A DNA stretch of 63,668 nt, counting the filler, from Octopus bimaculoides (lineage: Eukaryota): NCBI RefSeq assembly GCF_001194135.2. It is 5 parts of 4 records of this genome, joined end to end, with 100 filler letters (N's around TTAATTAATTAA, not from the genome) between each part and the next. Parts side by side here need not be neighbours in the genome. Positions count along the whole stretch, not along the records: positions 1 to 27,267 come from NC_068984.1; 4 more parts are not named here. The stretch is one strand, 5' to 3'. The translations under genes and the position numbers were made by a program. Below the pieces are notes generated by a model. The model was not told the DNA's origin. It saw nothing but the letters and a program-made list of their open reading frames with translations, and made no database searches. Shown one piece after another: positions 1 through 13,237 of this stretch (position 1 is the stretch's first letter; every line of letters begins with the position of its first letter).

Positions 1-33
<33 letters not shown>

Positions 34-90
34 CACACACTCATAAATATTTATGTATGTATATGTACATTTGTAAGCAGGTATAAATAT

Positions 91-129
<39 letters not shown>

Positions 130-880
130 CGTGTGTGTAAGTATGTATCTATGTATGTATCCGTATCGATTCCATGCATACCTTCAAAGTTAAGCAGGCT
201 GACTAACATCAACCTACATATGCATTCATCTTGCTGCATATATTGTACAATAGCATCAATCTAGTCTATTATCTTCTTATCTCAAGTTCTTTAAAGTTAG
301 GCAGTTTATGAGATTACGTAGCAGCAGTAGTTATTATTTATGTTTGATTCTTTTAATTATTTAAAAAATATTTTCTGCTGCATCGAGATTCTCTTTTCTT
401 ATCTTATTTTTTTTTTCATTGTAGTGCCAGCATTAACATCAATAGCAACAGCATTAATATAGCAACAACAACAACTACACCAACAACAGCAGCCACAATT
501 TTTTCTACAACAAGCTCACGGCCTGAAATTTTGAGGGGTGGTCTATAAATAGAATTTAATCATACATTTCATCACCGTGGCATACCAACAAATAGATTTT
601 ACACTATTTGTATTTCATGATAGACTGGTGATTCAATTCGTACTCGGCTCAATTCATACACGTGATGTTGATAAGCTACAAAAATAGCGAAACATTGGTG
701 TCCATCACTCCTGAATTCGATCGGAGGCGAGTTGTCGCGACGCCTGTCTGCAACTTCCAAGTATTTTAACACCCAGTGTAATGAGGGAGACTTCCTCAGG
801 CGCTGTAGCGCAGCTAATCGGTGAACAAAATACGTACATTGAGTACAGGTCGACAAAGTTTACAACACTAACGCTGCTTA

Positions 881-1020
881 TTGGACTTTTCTCCGTCTCT
901 TATTTCTGATGAAGAGCTTCGCTCGGAACGTAAAACCACCTTTATTTCCTTCCCTGAGCGTCTGCTAATACTTCGCATGTACCACGTTGTTTTTTCCTTG
1001 TGTTTGTGCTCCGTTTTTTG
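881..1020 (+). mobile_element. Short hammerhead-bearing repeat, probable Penelope-like pLTR fragment
   Basis: Shares the hammerhead and downstream TTCCY-GAGCGT..TAATA segment with 20560-20693, 38315-38430 and (minus) 46625-46712. Confidence 0.6.
903..935 (+). ncRNA. Minimal type-I hammerhead ribozyme motif (family HH-A), one core mismatch
   Basis: TTT-CTGATGA-A-GAGC(TTC)GCTC-GGAAC-GTA-AAA. Stem I TTT/AAA, 4-bp stem II, ACGT palindromic stem III; canonical GAAAC reads GGAAC. Confidence 0.65.
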
Positions 1021-1074
1021 GGGTGGGGTGGAGGTGGGGGGTGGGGAGATTTACAATATATATATATGTATATA

Positions 1075-1164
<90 letters not shown>

Positions 1165-1166
1165 CA

Positions 1167-1202
<36 letters not shown>

Positions 1203-1380
1203 TATATGCACACATTCATACACACACATACACAATTCAAATAGAGGTTATATTGACTTCCTGAAGGGATGGTGTCATCCAAGGAAATATTGGTTCAATG
1301 CCTAATATTTTTGTGGGAAGATTAACATCCATAAAATAATATGTTTATATATAAATCATGGTTTATAATCATGCAAATGA

Positions 1381-1600
1381 AAAATAAGAAAATGGAGATA
1401 TTGAAGTTAATAAGAGATTATTATCAGCAAAACATCGATCATTATCCCTTTCAGCTGCTTCAATTAAGCTCAGTGAAGTTAAATAAATATTAGAATTATA
1501 TTTCTGAGCATAATCTCTTCAGGAGGAGAAAAAATATACCCTTAGATATTTTGTGTGTTAGTTTTTTGAATTATCACAGCAGACTAAATAATACTGTTTA
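1381..1600 (-). mobile_element. Penelope-like 3' tail (family HH-B) with decayed hammerhead
   Basis: Inverted copy of 5560-5761. Minus strand reads ...GAAGCAGCTGAAAGGGATAA... then ends CTCCATTTTCTTATT. Confidence 0.5.
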
Positions 1601-2297
1601 TGATTAATAATGGTATATGCCTAGGCGAGGGGGTTACAGGTTTGTTGTGGGTAAGATATAGTATGTAAATATAATTAGAGCAGTAAGGAGTAACTAAATA
1701 GAGATTAAAGAGTAAATTACAATGTAAATAAAATGCAATATGAGTGAGGTGAGGAATTAAATTACAATTGTAGGTTGTATATAAAGTTGAGAAAACTTAT
1801 GTATATATAAATACACGCATACATGTTAATACACGATCATATCATACATTCATCTGTTAATTCAGTATATATATATNNNNNNNNNNNNNNNNNNNNNNNN
1901 NNNNNNNNNNNNNNNNNNNNNNNNNNNNNNNNNNNNNNNNNNNNNNNNNNNNNNNNNNNNNNNNNNNNNNNNNNNNNNNNNNNNNNNNNNNNNNNNNNNN
2001 NNNNNNNNNNNNNNNNNNNNNNNNNNNNNNNNNNNNNNNNNNNNNNNNNNNNNNNNNNNNNNNNNNNNNNNNNNNNNNNNNNNNNNNNNNNNNNNNNNNN
2101 NNCATTTACACGTATACACATATATATCATCATATACACACAATGTATCATCGCACATATGTATATTTATACTTATACACAAATATATATGCATAAAAGC
2201 ATGGATCGGTTCCATCTATAAATACTTGCCCACACTCTCACACACATACACATGTGAATATATACATGCACATCCGTATACATAAAAATACACATAC

Positions 2298-2333
<36 letters not shown>

Positions 2334-2355
2334 CAAGTTTTTTTACCCTTAATTT

Positions 2356-3545
2356 ATACAGCAATAAAAAAATAGAGGGGATCAAGAGGTGGTATTCATC
2401 AACTTTTAGCCATTATATTACGTCTATTTATTTATTTAAAAAAGAAACATAACAATATACATACATGTATAGCATAATAAGCTTTACATATACAATATAT
2501 AAACATACATAAACACATGTACATATGTTTCTATATTTTTAATTTCATATGTATATGTATATGTATATGTATATATATATGCATACTAAGGAATCAATTA
2601 TTATTATTATTAGGTGTATTATATTATTCTTATTAGATAAAGTATAACAGAGGATGGAGAAAGTTATCAAAAGAGAAATAATAGTGGAATATAAAAGCAA
2701 TATAACCCAAGATTATTGTAGTTATGTAGGAATGAAAAGGTATATAAATGAGGACTACATAAATATACATACATACATACATACATACGTACGTACATAT
2801 ATATTTACGTACAAGCATACCTATAAATATACATACATACACATATTTACATACACATATATACATACATAAATATATTTACATACAAACATACCCATGG
2901 GTACATACATATTACATGTGTTGAGAAGGGAGGATTTTTTCAATAGTTCGTATTTTTCTTTTTATATACTATTGATAATTATACACAAACATATATATAT
3001 ATATTCATATAAACATTCGATATGTTTTCTATTGAGGGTTTTAGACAAAGGTCAACTATAAGTGGGTTAGAGTTTATATTAATACCTGTGATATTAGTTG
3101 GTATTAAAAGAAATAATTTTCCGGGTATTAAATATGTATATGCGTACGTATGTATATGTATAAGTGCATATATGTGTATGTATTTGTATTTATAACTTAA
3201 CCTTATGAACTTTCTAAACTCCCTGACGAAGCCCAGAGACACACCCAAGTACCTAAATCTTATCTACCAAATACTTCAGTTCACTGAAGGGATATAAGTA
3301 GATTGGGGTACTTTGGCCTCTTGACCGAAACAGTTGTAAGATATTATCCTATATTTTGTCATCTACGTTATATATTTTAATAATTACTGGTATTTTTATA
3401 TATTGCATGTGTAAAGCATATTATTCTATACATGTATGTATATTGTTATAATGTTTTTTTTAAATAAATAAATAGACGTAATATAATGTCTAAAAGTTAA
3501 TGGATACCACCTCTTGATCCCCCTCCATTTTCTTATTGCTGTATA
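2356..3545 (+). mobile_element. Element with ~150-bp inverted arms (2356-2501 / 3397-3545) enclosing a hammerhead
   Basis: The arms are clear reverse complements, e.g. GGGGATCAAGAGGTGGTAT vs ATACCACCTCTTGATCCCC. The right arm ends in the HH-B tail motif. Confidence 0.65.
3223..3345 (+). ncRNA. Hammerhead motif with ~95-nt extended stem II (family HH-B)
   Basis: CTGACGA at 3223-3229 and C-GAAAC-AGTT-GTA at 3326-3338. The insert pairs: CCAAGTACCTAAATCT with AGATTGGGGTACTTTGG, plus a CTTCAG/CTGAAG tip. Stem I is not convincing. Confidence 0.6.
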
Positions 3546-3578
3546 TATATTTATACATACATACATACATACATATAC

Positions 3579-3631
<53 letters not shown>

Positions 3632-4651
3632 AACACATATACGCATACAAATATACGCATACACACACATACACGTAAATATGTGTACACAATTTATCAT
3701 TCCTCACACCTAAGAAAAAAGCGACATAGATCCCTTTAGATCATTGAACTTCTAGGGAATTTAAATTGGTCTAACGGCTCATTTAGATTTTTATTTCTTA
3801 ATAATGGGTTTGTGTTTCGTTATCAATTTTAAGCTTGTATGATGTAAGAGGGAAGATAATTGTGTAAGATTTTTTTTCGTATGAATGTGTTTAAAATTTA
3901 TGTTTATGTTTATATACTTATAACTTACCATAAATTTTGTTGTCAAAAGAAAACAAATAAAGGTAATTGAATAATGATTAGATAATCTGCATTAAGTTTA
4001 GTTACCAATGCAATCAGAAATAAAGTAATTAAATAAGACTGAAGTAATGGTCAGATATTTATAATACAGTTAAGTGTATTTGGTCAAATACTATTATTAT
4101 TATCATTATTATTATTGTTGTTGTTGTTATTATTATTATTATATATACATACACACTAACATACATATACAAGCGCATGTACATACACATACACACATAC
4201 CCCTGTATAGATATATATACATATAGATACATTCACAAATATATACACACACACATAAGCATATATACAAATATATATATATATATCCATATAAACTCAT
4301 ACATATATATTTAAGTACAAAAGTATATGCATTCACATCCATATATATGTGTACAAACATACATAGATTATAGCACACATGTGCATATATACGTCTGTTT
4401 TAGCAACCTATACACACAGTCACATGTATATAAATGCACCTGCACATAGATCTGTCCATATATCAATACATACATATACACATATACTTACATGTGCCCA
4501 CACGCGTGCACACACGTATATGTGCACATATATGCCTGTACTAGCAACCTATCCACGCACAGTCACATGCATATACATGTACATGCACACATACATGCAA
4601 GTATATTAAAATAAAAGGGTAAAAGGATAGATATATAAATATTAAAATGTG

Positions 4652-5280
4652 GATGCATATCGGGTATTGTTTTGTTGTTAAGGATGTGCTAATATGGTTA
4701 AAGGTAGTTGTGTGAATAATAGTCAAAATTGATGTAGGTATTATCAAGAGTGTCTATTCAAAAGGTTAGAATGAAAGTCAAATAGTTATAAAAGTTAGCA
4801 ATTGTGTATACTCAAATATTGATAGAAGGTTACTTATGGTGTGTACAATAGGTTAGTTATTTGGGGTGACTGGTATAAAATGATACTAAATATAGGTGTA
4901 ATGGAGGTGTAATATAATAATATAAATAACAATTAAATTAAATAATCAACATGAATATTTATGTAAGAATGAAAATGTAAAGATATAAAATATATAAATA
5001 TAATATAAAATATGTGTGCATATCAGGCATTGTTTTGTTGCTAAAGATGTGCTAATATTGTTATTAATGAAGAATAGTTGTGTGAATAATAGTCAAACAG
5101 ATATAAATATTACTAAGTGTGTCTATTCAAATGTTAGAATGATGGTCGAATAGTTATAAAAGTTAGAAATTGTTTAAGCTGAAATGTTGGTAGAAAGTTA
5201 CTCATGGAGTGTACAAAATGTTAATAAGAGGTAATTTTTATAAAATTATGTTAAAAGTAGGTGTAATGGAGGTGTAACAG
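4652..5280. repeat. Diverged direct duplication of a ~260-bp unit (4652-4910, 5015-5278), probable Penelope-like UTR
   Basis: Colinear blocks, e.g. TAGTTGTGTGAATAATAGTCAAA and TAGGTGTAATGGAGGTGTAA, occur in both copies. Confidence 0.7.
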
Positions 5281-5559
5281 AGGTAGGTATTAATATTAAC
5301 GGTAGTTTAGTTAGGTAGTAATTAGTGGGGAGGTAATTTATATTAGTGGAGCTAGGGATTCAAGGGGAATGTACAGGTATTCCAGTGAGAGATAATAAAT
5401 CAATTATTTAAATTTGAAAAATACATATTTTCCCGCATGAACACGGGAAATACTTTTCTCATTTCTTAGATTAATTAGGATATTCCTAGATTTAAGGATA
5501 AAAAAGCCTCAGCTATATAAAGATAACATTTTTTTAATTATTGACTTTGTAAGCGGGTG

Positions 5560-5761
5560 CGGAAGCAATTATATATTAATAATTATATATTATTTAGTCT
5601 GCCGTGATGATTCTAGAAACTGAAGAGATTATACTCAGAAATATGATTTTAATATTTATTTAACTTCCCTGAACTTAACTGAAGCAGCTGTAAGGGATAA
5701 TGATAGATATTTTGCTGATAATAAACTCTTATTAACTTCAATATCACCATTTTCTTATTTT
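5560..5761 (+). mobile_element. Penelope-like 3' tail (family HH-B) with decayed hammerhead
   Basis: CCCTGAACTTAACTGAAGCAGCTGTAAGGGATAA followed by a tail ending CACCATTTTCTTATT; reverse complement of 1381-1600. Confidence 0.5.
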
Positions 5762-5859
5762 TGATTTGCACATATATATGCTTGTGTATGCGTGTGTACA
5801 TAGATATATGCATGAGTATATATGTTTATATGTATGTGCATATATGTGTATGCATATAT

Positions 5860-6436
5860 CAGTGGCGACTCCGGCACTCGGGCTGTTCGGGCTGAGCCCA
5901 AATATAAATTTAGTAAAGTGAACGTGTATTTGCAAGCTAATTTAATGTCTGCCAACACTGACTTCAAGTATGTAATTTCAGCCAGATCTCAGGCTCCTTT
6001 TATTGAGCCTGGTCACAGTTCATTTATTTTCATTCAGCGTCTGGCGGTCGTCTTAAAGGTGCCCTGTATCAAAACATATCATTCGTTGCAGACGTTCTCT
6101 CGATATCGCCACACACGCCTGACTCAGGGTCAGAAGTTATTAAATGTTATGTCTTCTTGAAACAATAAATTTAAATTCCAATCTATAAAAAGTTTCCGTT
6201 CTACAATATTCTTAAAAGAACCCAAAACTATCCAGCAACTCGGCTAATATGAATGAGCCTGGTAAGTGTAAATGAAGTGGGTAATTTTTATATTAAAACT
6301 ATATTTCTCTCTTATTGTTAAATTATCAGTGCACATATAAGTCTGCATTGTGCATTACATCTCAAACCTTCTTTTATACCTGTGTCTTACGCGAAATCTA
6401 TGATGAGCCTGAGCGATGCTGATGACCTGGAATTGC

Positions 6437-6441
<5 letters not shown>
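5860..6441. mobile_element. Putative non-autonomous DNA transposon (~580 bp)
   Basis: Imperfect 16-bp TIRs, CAGTGGCGACTCCGGC vs reverse complement CAGAGGCAATTCCAGG (11/16). GC-richer body inserted in (TA)n. Confidence 0.4.
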
Positions 6442-6489
<48 letters not shown>

Positions 6490-6727
6490 GTGTATATAAT
6501 GGTATGAGGTTCGTTTTAATGTTAATATGCTATATAATGTATGACATATACGAAGTTTCACTATTACAATACCTGACAACATGTTAACTTGAATTCACTT
6601 GTGGATAACGTTTCTTTATTAACATAGAAATGTCTTTCTCCAAAATAAGATATTGGACTGTATCTTTATTTCATACTTCGTACACAGATACACAGACACA
6701 CCTACACACGCTAACAAGCACGAATAT

Positions 6728-6781
<54 letters not shown>

Positions 6782-7348
6782 GCGTGATTTATGTATATGT
6801 ATGCATATATACACGCATATANNNNNNNNNNNNNNNNNNNNNNNNNNNNNNNNNNNNNNNNNNNNNNNNNNNNNNNNNNNNNNNNNNNNNNNNNNNNNNN
6901 NNNNNNNNNNNNNNNNNNNNNNNNNNNNNNNNNNNNNNNNNNNNNNNNNNNNNNNNNNNNNNNNNNNNNNNNNNNNNNNNNNNNNNNNNNNNNNNNNNNN
7001 NNNNNNNNNNNNNNNNNNNNNNNNNNNNNNNNNNNNNNNNNNNNNNNNNNNNNNNNNNNNNNNNNNNNNNNNNNNNNNNNNNNNNNNNNNNNNNNNNNNN
7101 NNNNNNNNNNNNNNNNNNNNNNNNNNNNNNNNNNNNNNNNNNNNNNNNNNNNNNNNNNNNNNNNNNNNNNNNNNNNNNNNNNNNNNNNNNNNNNNNNNNN
7201 NNNNNNNNTACAAAGCCTCATATATTTATATTGAGAAATGCACCAAATGAAAATAGCAGCTGCTATAAATAAGCTTTCACATCTCGCTCTCTCTTTTTCT
7301 CTCTCGCTTTCTATCAACCCCACCTTCCTACCTATATAACAGCCTCTC

Positions 7349-7349
<1 letters not shown>

Positions 7350-7424
<75 letters not shown>

Positions 7425-7452
7425 GTCTATCTATCCATCTATCTATCTATCA
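7350..7452 (+). repeat. (ATCT)n microsatellite
   Basis: Direct reading. Confidence 0.95.
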
Positions 7453-7619
7453 ATCTGTAGGTACACATGCGTGTGTCTTTATGTGTGTGTTTGTATGTGT
7501 GTGTGTATGTGCGTGTGTGTGTGTGTGTATACACAAGTAGCTGTACAAATGAAAGAAAAGAGAACACATGTAAGATTTACAAGTGTTTATTAATAGGTTG
7601 ACATATACTCACATTATTG

Positions 7620-8100
7620 CAAGTTTAATGGACGCAGGTAACGACCTTGCTCATCAGATGCTCAAAAGCCTGTGTGATAAGCATTGCCTGTACGCGTGCG
7701 AAGTCCATACACAGATACTTACATACATAATGAGTGTCAACTCGTAGACGAGTATGACGATCACGGACAAATTATCTCAAGGACAATAGCTGTCAGCAAT
7801 ACCAGTGCTGAGATTTAATGTCAATAACATCATGCACAACACTGCTATGACTTCCATCAACACAGTCGAGTAGACCAGAAACAAGCAACAGCAAGACTAA
7901 GCGTCTCTCTCACACCCAGCTTTTAGATGGCCGTTGGCTCTACTGAATTCAGCTGTCCTTTGAAGTTTTTGTTCTTGGTCCTGCAGGGTGTCCAAAGAAA
8001 TTCCACCCCTTTTTTACCAAGCAGGCTTGGTAGGGTCGTCAATTTATCACCGACTCCCCGACCATGCAACAGGTTGTGCTGTTATCATTATATGTTATCT
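7620..8100 (+). pseudogene. Possible very old LINE RT remnant
   Basis: Broken frames give DAGNDLAHQMLKSL...AIPVLRF...AMTS, weakly like the PGxDxIxYQMLKxL...IPILK...IALTS region of LINE RT. Confidence 0.25.
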
Positions 8101-8396
8101 GTAACACTAAGGCTCACCTGGTATGATATATATACATACATATGCAGATAGATAGATATACATACATATGCAGATAGATAGATATATGTTGATAATGTAT
8201 AAATTAACGTATCATTACTGATAGTTTTACATCTATACACCAAGATAACCTTTGATTACATAAAACCAGTACTTTTCGCAAGAAGAAAACTGACCTCGAC
8301 AAGATTGCCATATGTATAAACAATATTCACAACGCCTTTATTTATTAATGATTTTTTTCCTTCTGATTCTTATTGGTCTAACATTTTTTGTGGCAG

Positions 8397-8434
8397 ACAT
8401 TCATGAAAATCAAAGGTTATACGAGGAGGTAAAG
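8397..8434 (+). CDS. Candidate internal exon (xIHENQRLYEEVK)
   Basis: Branch-like CTAAC, T-tract and CAG acceptor. Donors GAG|GTAAAG (8428) or AAG|GTGAGA (8434). Open frame. Confidence 0.3.
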
Positions 8435-10327
8435 GTGAGATAAATCACAGAATCTCACACAGAGTGGTACTAATGTCTCGTGCAGGAATAAGGTTTTTCT
8501 CCTCATTCGTACACGAATGGTATATATAAGATGAGGGGAGGAGGAGGTAGATAAGCTGTTAGAACTGAACCTCGGGTAAAAGGTGATATGTATTGTGAAA
8601 AGGCACACACCTGGAAGTGTAGAAGTTAGTGGTAGAGAAATGAAATTCTTATTAGCGTGGAAACTCTGACGCTGGTACTTTTAGAAAAACTGGGCAAGAT
8701 CCGTGATCGGATAGACCTCAACACTGTGCCCAAGTATAAAGTTGTGAAAGAGAGACGAAGACCTTGTTGCTCCATTAATGATAGTATCAACATATGAAGC
8801 CAATCTGTTTACAAAGACCCACCACTACTAACACCTGCACTTCTTCCAAAGTAACATCAACAACAGCAGTGTTAGTAGCAGCTGTAGCACCAGTAACAAG
8901 AATAACAACAGCAGGCACCCAAGCCAATCCTGAAAGACAGGGGGAAAATGACGACGAGTTGGATAGCAGAGGAGAATTCTCCTCCATAGAAACAGCCCTT
9001 TTACAAGCGACACACATCTATGCATCTTCAGCAGCCAGCCATTTCCCTCATCCTTCAAAAACCTTTTCGACTTCTCAGAATTCTGATCAAACGATGAAGA
9101 CAAGGAGTAGGAGATTGGCTCATCGTAAGCCACGGGTAAGGAAGAGAAAGGAAATGGCCAAAGACCATTACCCTACTACAAGAAAGAGGAAGGTCGGTGG
9201 CCTACCAAAGAGCGCATAAGACATCAGCCCACCAGTTATTGCCGCCAACAATAGTTACATGGTTAATGTAGGCCCAGTTATCCACGACAATTTTACCACC
9301 CTCATTCCCCTCATAAAATTTATTGGCGAGAAGTACCTCACTTTCAGCCTACTTAAGTATTCCTTGAAGAAAATGACAAGGGTTTGGCATAAGAGAATCA
9401 CGTATGCTATCAACATTTTCGACCATGTCCGCCATAAAACATCCTTCACCACAGCCATCGAGTAGGGGTAGACTATCTACTCTTCCTAATTATACTGGAG
9501 GGTAGCACCTAAATCTCCTCTTCTCCTTACTCTTTATCACAACCATCATCTACAATGGCAACAACAACAACAATAGTATATGTAACTAGAAATAACCACC
9601 ATATGCCCCGTCCTTTTACTTATTAGAATAACTAGGTTACGGTGGTTCTGAATTAGAAGCAGCCGTCTAAAATTACACTACTTACTTTTTAAAAAAATTC
9701 TTACGTTGTTTTAACATCTGTCTGTCTGTTTGTCTGTCTATCTGTCTATCTGTCTATCTGTTTATTGACTCATTTCTAAAGTTTTCTCTTTTGTTTCGTT
9801 TTTCCCTTTCTGACAAGCAAACATAGATCTATTATGAGAAAGTAACCTCAGAACCAAATCAAAACAACATGTAACATTTGTTTCCAGTTTCCCACTTCAT
9901 CTCATCCAACATCCCATTTCAACCGTTATAAAAACACCCACAAACCACCCACGATACGACGTCGACAACGACAACGACAACACCAAAAATATCAACCCCC
10001 ATCATCATCAGTACCATTCGCAGAACCCTTCCTATCACTACCACAGCGCCCACTACCACCATCACCACTACCACCACCACATCATCCTCATCATCATCAC
10101 CATCACTACCAATATCAACATCATGATCACCTCGGTGCTCACACATACCACCATTGATGGTTGCATTTGAACAACAGCAGCAGCAGCAGCAGCAGCAGCA
10201 ACGACGACGTCACTGATAACAACAACAATAATAATAAAAAAAACTAATAGAGTAGTGTACGGTTAAGGAAACAGCAGCAACTTGTGGGTTCCAGCCTCAC
10301 ATGAACTGTGAACATATGGAGAGCCCC

Positions 10328-10357
10328 TATAAATATCTGGCCCGTTTGGCGCCAAAC
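10328..10357 (+). promoter_or_regulatory. TATA-like box next to a palindromic E2F-consensus site
   Basis: TATAAATA at 10328-10335 and GTTTGGCGCCAAAC at 10344-10357 in a locally GC-richer, non-repetitive patch. Confidence 0.25.
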
Positions 10358-11129
10358 ATGTTTTCCTTTCTCTCATTTATGTTTCTGGTAATCACCGACT
10401 GAGATGACTTAGATACAGATTGACTTGTGGTTGTGATTGTATATAGCTGGAATTACTAACGCCTTCAACATTATCATTAGCGTCACTGTCATCGTCATCT
10501 TTGTCGTTGTCATTATTTTCGTTGTTGAGCTTTCATTTTCTGTTTTTTTAGTTTTTATATTTTCTTTGAATTCTTTTCATTCTTCTTCTGTCTTGGTTTT
10601 AACAGGTTACTCTTGTATCTCTAACTCATTAACATTCTGAGTCAGTGTAGGTGTTTGATATTTCATCATCATTATTTCAGTAGTGTATTTCACCCTTTAT
10701 AATATTCCTTTCTAACCTTTTATTTTCATTTGTGGTCATTGTACTCTAATTTATTTCATTAATTCATAAATATTTGTAAGTTTGTATTTTTCCTGATTCT
10801 CTCATCTTTATTTCTTCATCGATTATACTATAGCTGGTTTCAGTGATTTTTCAATTAATTTTCCTCTTTTCAGTGTTGTCATAATTCTAAACTAAATATC
10901 ATGCCAATTCCTCTACTGAATGCGTGTATTGTCTGTAGCAGTGTTTCTAATTGTTTATCATCTGCGGTGTATAACATTTATCATCAGATAGCATTTATTA
11001 TTCGAGTTCAGTATGGGACGCTGATTAAAAATGTTAATGCCAAACTGAAATGTATTCGTTTGGAATGTTTCTCTTTAATAAGAATGAGGTTTATTTTTTA
11101 ATTCATTCAAATTTGCATCGCCAAAATTG

Positions 11130-11410
11130 ATTTCTTTTTATGCCTGTAGCGAAAAGTAAGTTATTGTAGTTAATACTTCAGAAGCTGGAAATTTTCAAGC
11201 TATGAATCTGTAGTTTTCTCGGGAATTACGATGTTATCCTTGGAACTAAGATGGTTTTTCCCCCCCAGTTAACTATTCAGTTATTTTATCGGCTTTTCAG
11301 CGGGTTACTAAACATTTTTCACCGCGTGTAAATTTGTGCTAAATCTTAAACAGAATTTTGGGATTTTATTATATCCCTGAACCTCCAAGTTGCTGGGCTA
11401 CTTCAAGTTT
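11130..11410 (-). mobile_element. Ancient R4/Dong-like RT N-terminal remnant
   Basis: Frameshifted minus-strand translation KFCLRFSTNLH...TE*LTGGKTILVPKDNIVIPE-NYRFIA, matching the WLTxGxTxLxPK...PxNYRPI motif. Confidence 0.55.
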
Positions 11411-11747
11411 GTGCAGTTAATTTGAATATTTTCTTCTTCTGCGATCCGTTTGTAATATCGATGATGCAACGCACATTTTCCTCATAAATGGGTAGGGTAA
11501 TACTTGAATATGAATGTTATATTTGTTTATGAGTTAGAACTTTTATATCCCGTACTATATTGGTCGTTTCCTGAGACATTTATTATTTCACGAGTTTAGT
11601 AGAGTTCACAAATATTTAGACCAAGCTCCATGGTTTCCTCCTGTTCTATAGTATATTTTGCAGGTATTCATCTAAAGATACTCAAGTTGAACATCAATTG
11701 TATTAGCCAACGGGTCAGAGAGTACTGGAAAACGTTATAAACACTGC

Positions 11748-11824
11748 CACTATTCTTTTGAGCACTATTCTTTTGAGCACTATTCTTTTGAGCACTATTC
11801 TTTTGAGCACTATTCTTTTGAGCA
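11748..11824 (+). repeat. 15-bp minisatellite (CACTATTCTTTTGAG)x5
   Basis: Five perfect units read directly. Confidence 0.95.
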
Positions 11825-12045
11825 ATAAGCTTAGAAAAGATAATTTCTTTTCGGTTCTGTGTCCAAATCACCTTTAGGTTTATTCATATTTATTCCTTCA
11901 GAATCGATAATCATTTACTAGAAATATGTATATTTCTGGTAAACTCATTTCGATTAAATCACTTTTAATGCCAAATTTTATATCATGTGTAGACTACATC
12001 CATATTACAAGAAGTTACTGTCGCTACTGTTCCTGCTGTTGCTGT

Positions 12046-12113
<68 letters not shown>

Positions 12114-12114
12114 T
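12046..12114 (+). repeat. (CTA)n microsatellite
   Basis: Direct reading. Confidence 0.95.
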
Positions 12115-12909
12115 AACATTTTAATGTTCCAAGTATTAGAATTTTTAACTCTCTCTCTGTCCTCTCCTCTCCTCTCTACCTGTTTGTCTGTCTGTCTCTC
12201 TCCCCCCTCTCTCTCTCTACGCACACTCATATACATACACATGAAAGAATATACATGCGTGTTTTAGTTCAATATAAAAGATCAAAGTAGTTAGTTAAAT
12301 GACATTTTCGTCAGATGCTTTGAACTTTAGTACTGAACCAATACACACATTCACTCTACGGATGTATTGAGTTCTCTCTTTTTATTTTAAGTGAACACCC
12401 GTTGATAAATGCTAGTGTGAATTTATACAAACATACATACATGCCTATATACATACATACACATTGAAACACCATATAAACACACACACACACACACCTA
12501 TATACATATATACGCATATTTGTATGTATNNNNNNNNNNNNNNNNNNNNNNNNNNNNNNNNNNNNNNNNNNNNNNNNNNNNNNNNNNNNNNNNNNNNNNN
12601 NNNNNNNNNNNNNNNNNNNNNNNNNNNNNNNNNNNNNNNNNNNNNNNNNNNNNNNNNNNNNNNNNNNNNNNNNNNNNNNNNNNNNNNNNNNNNNNNNNNN
12701 NNNNNNNNNNNNNNNNNNNNNNNNNNNNNNNNNNNNNNNNNNNNNNNNNNNNNNNNNNNNNNNNNNNNNNNNATACATTTGTATGTATATTTACACACAT
12801 GTATATGGTACAATCGTTAACAATTCGACAGTTTATAACAAGATTATTCTCGTATTAAATAACTCAAAATCACTTGAAACGTCTAAATTATCTCCTTTAT
12901 CAATGATAA

Positions 12910-13237
12910 GTGAAGGCACATGGCTCAGTGGTAAGTGGTAATCGGCTGATGATCGTAAGGAGGTGAGTTTGATTCCTGGCGGGTGCGTTGTGTTCTTGAG
13001 CAAGATATTTTATTTCACGTTGCTCCAGTCCACGCACCTGGCAAAAATGAGTTCTACTCATAATTGAAAGGGTCAACCTTTTCACCCTTTGTGTCACACT
13101 GAATCTTCCTGTGAACTATGCTACGGGTACGCGTGCCTGTAGAGTGCTCAGCCACTTGCATGTTAATTTCATGAGTAGTCTGTTCCGTTGACCGGGCCAA
13201 CTGGAACACTCGGCGTCGTAATCGACGGAGTGCCATT
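12910..13237 (+). mobile_element. tRNA-derived SINE, head type A with family-B 3' tail
   Basis: A box TGGCTCAGTGG, B-box-like GTTTGATTCC, CORE-like GTTCTTGAGCAAGA; 3' half colinear with 44990-45160. Confidence 0.8.

Noticed and set aside
599-856. GC-richer 85-aa ORF upstream of the first hammerhead
   Set aside because: No recognisable motif on either strand; only a vague PLE-thumb resemblance (GELSRR).
11748-11824. Regular direct repeat as a possible CRISPR or coding repeat (AQKNS)n
   Set aside because: No spacers, eukaryotic context and no splice support; a simple minisatellite.
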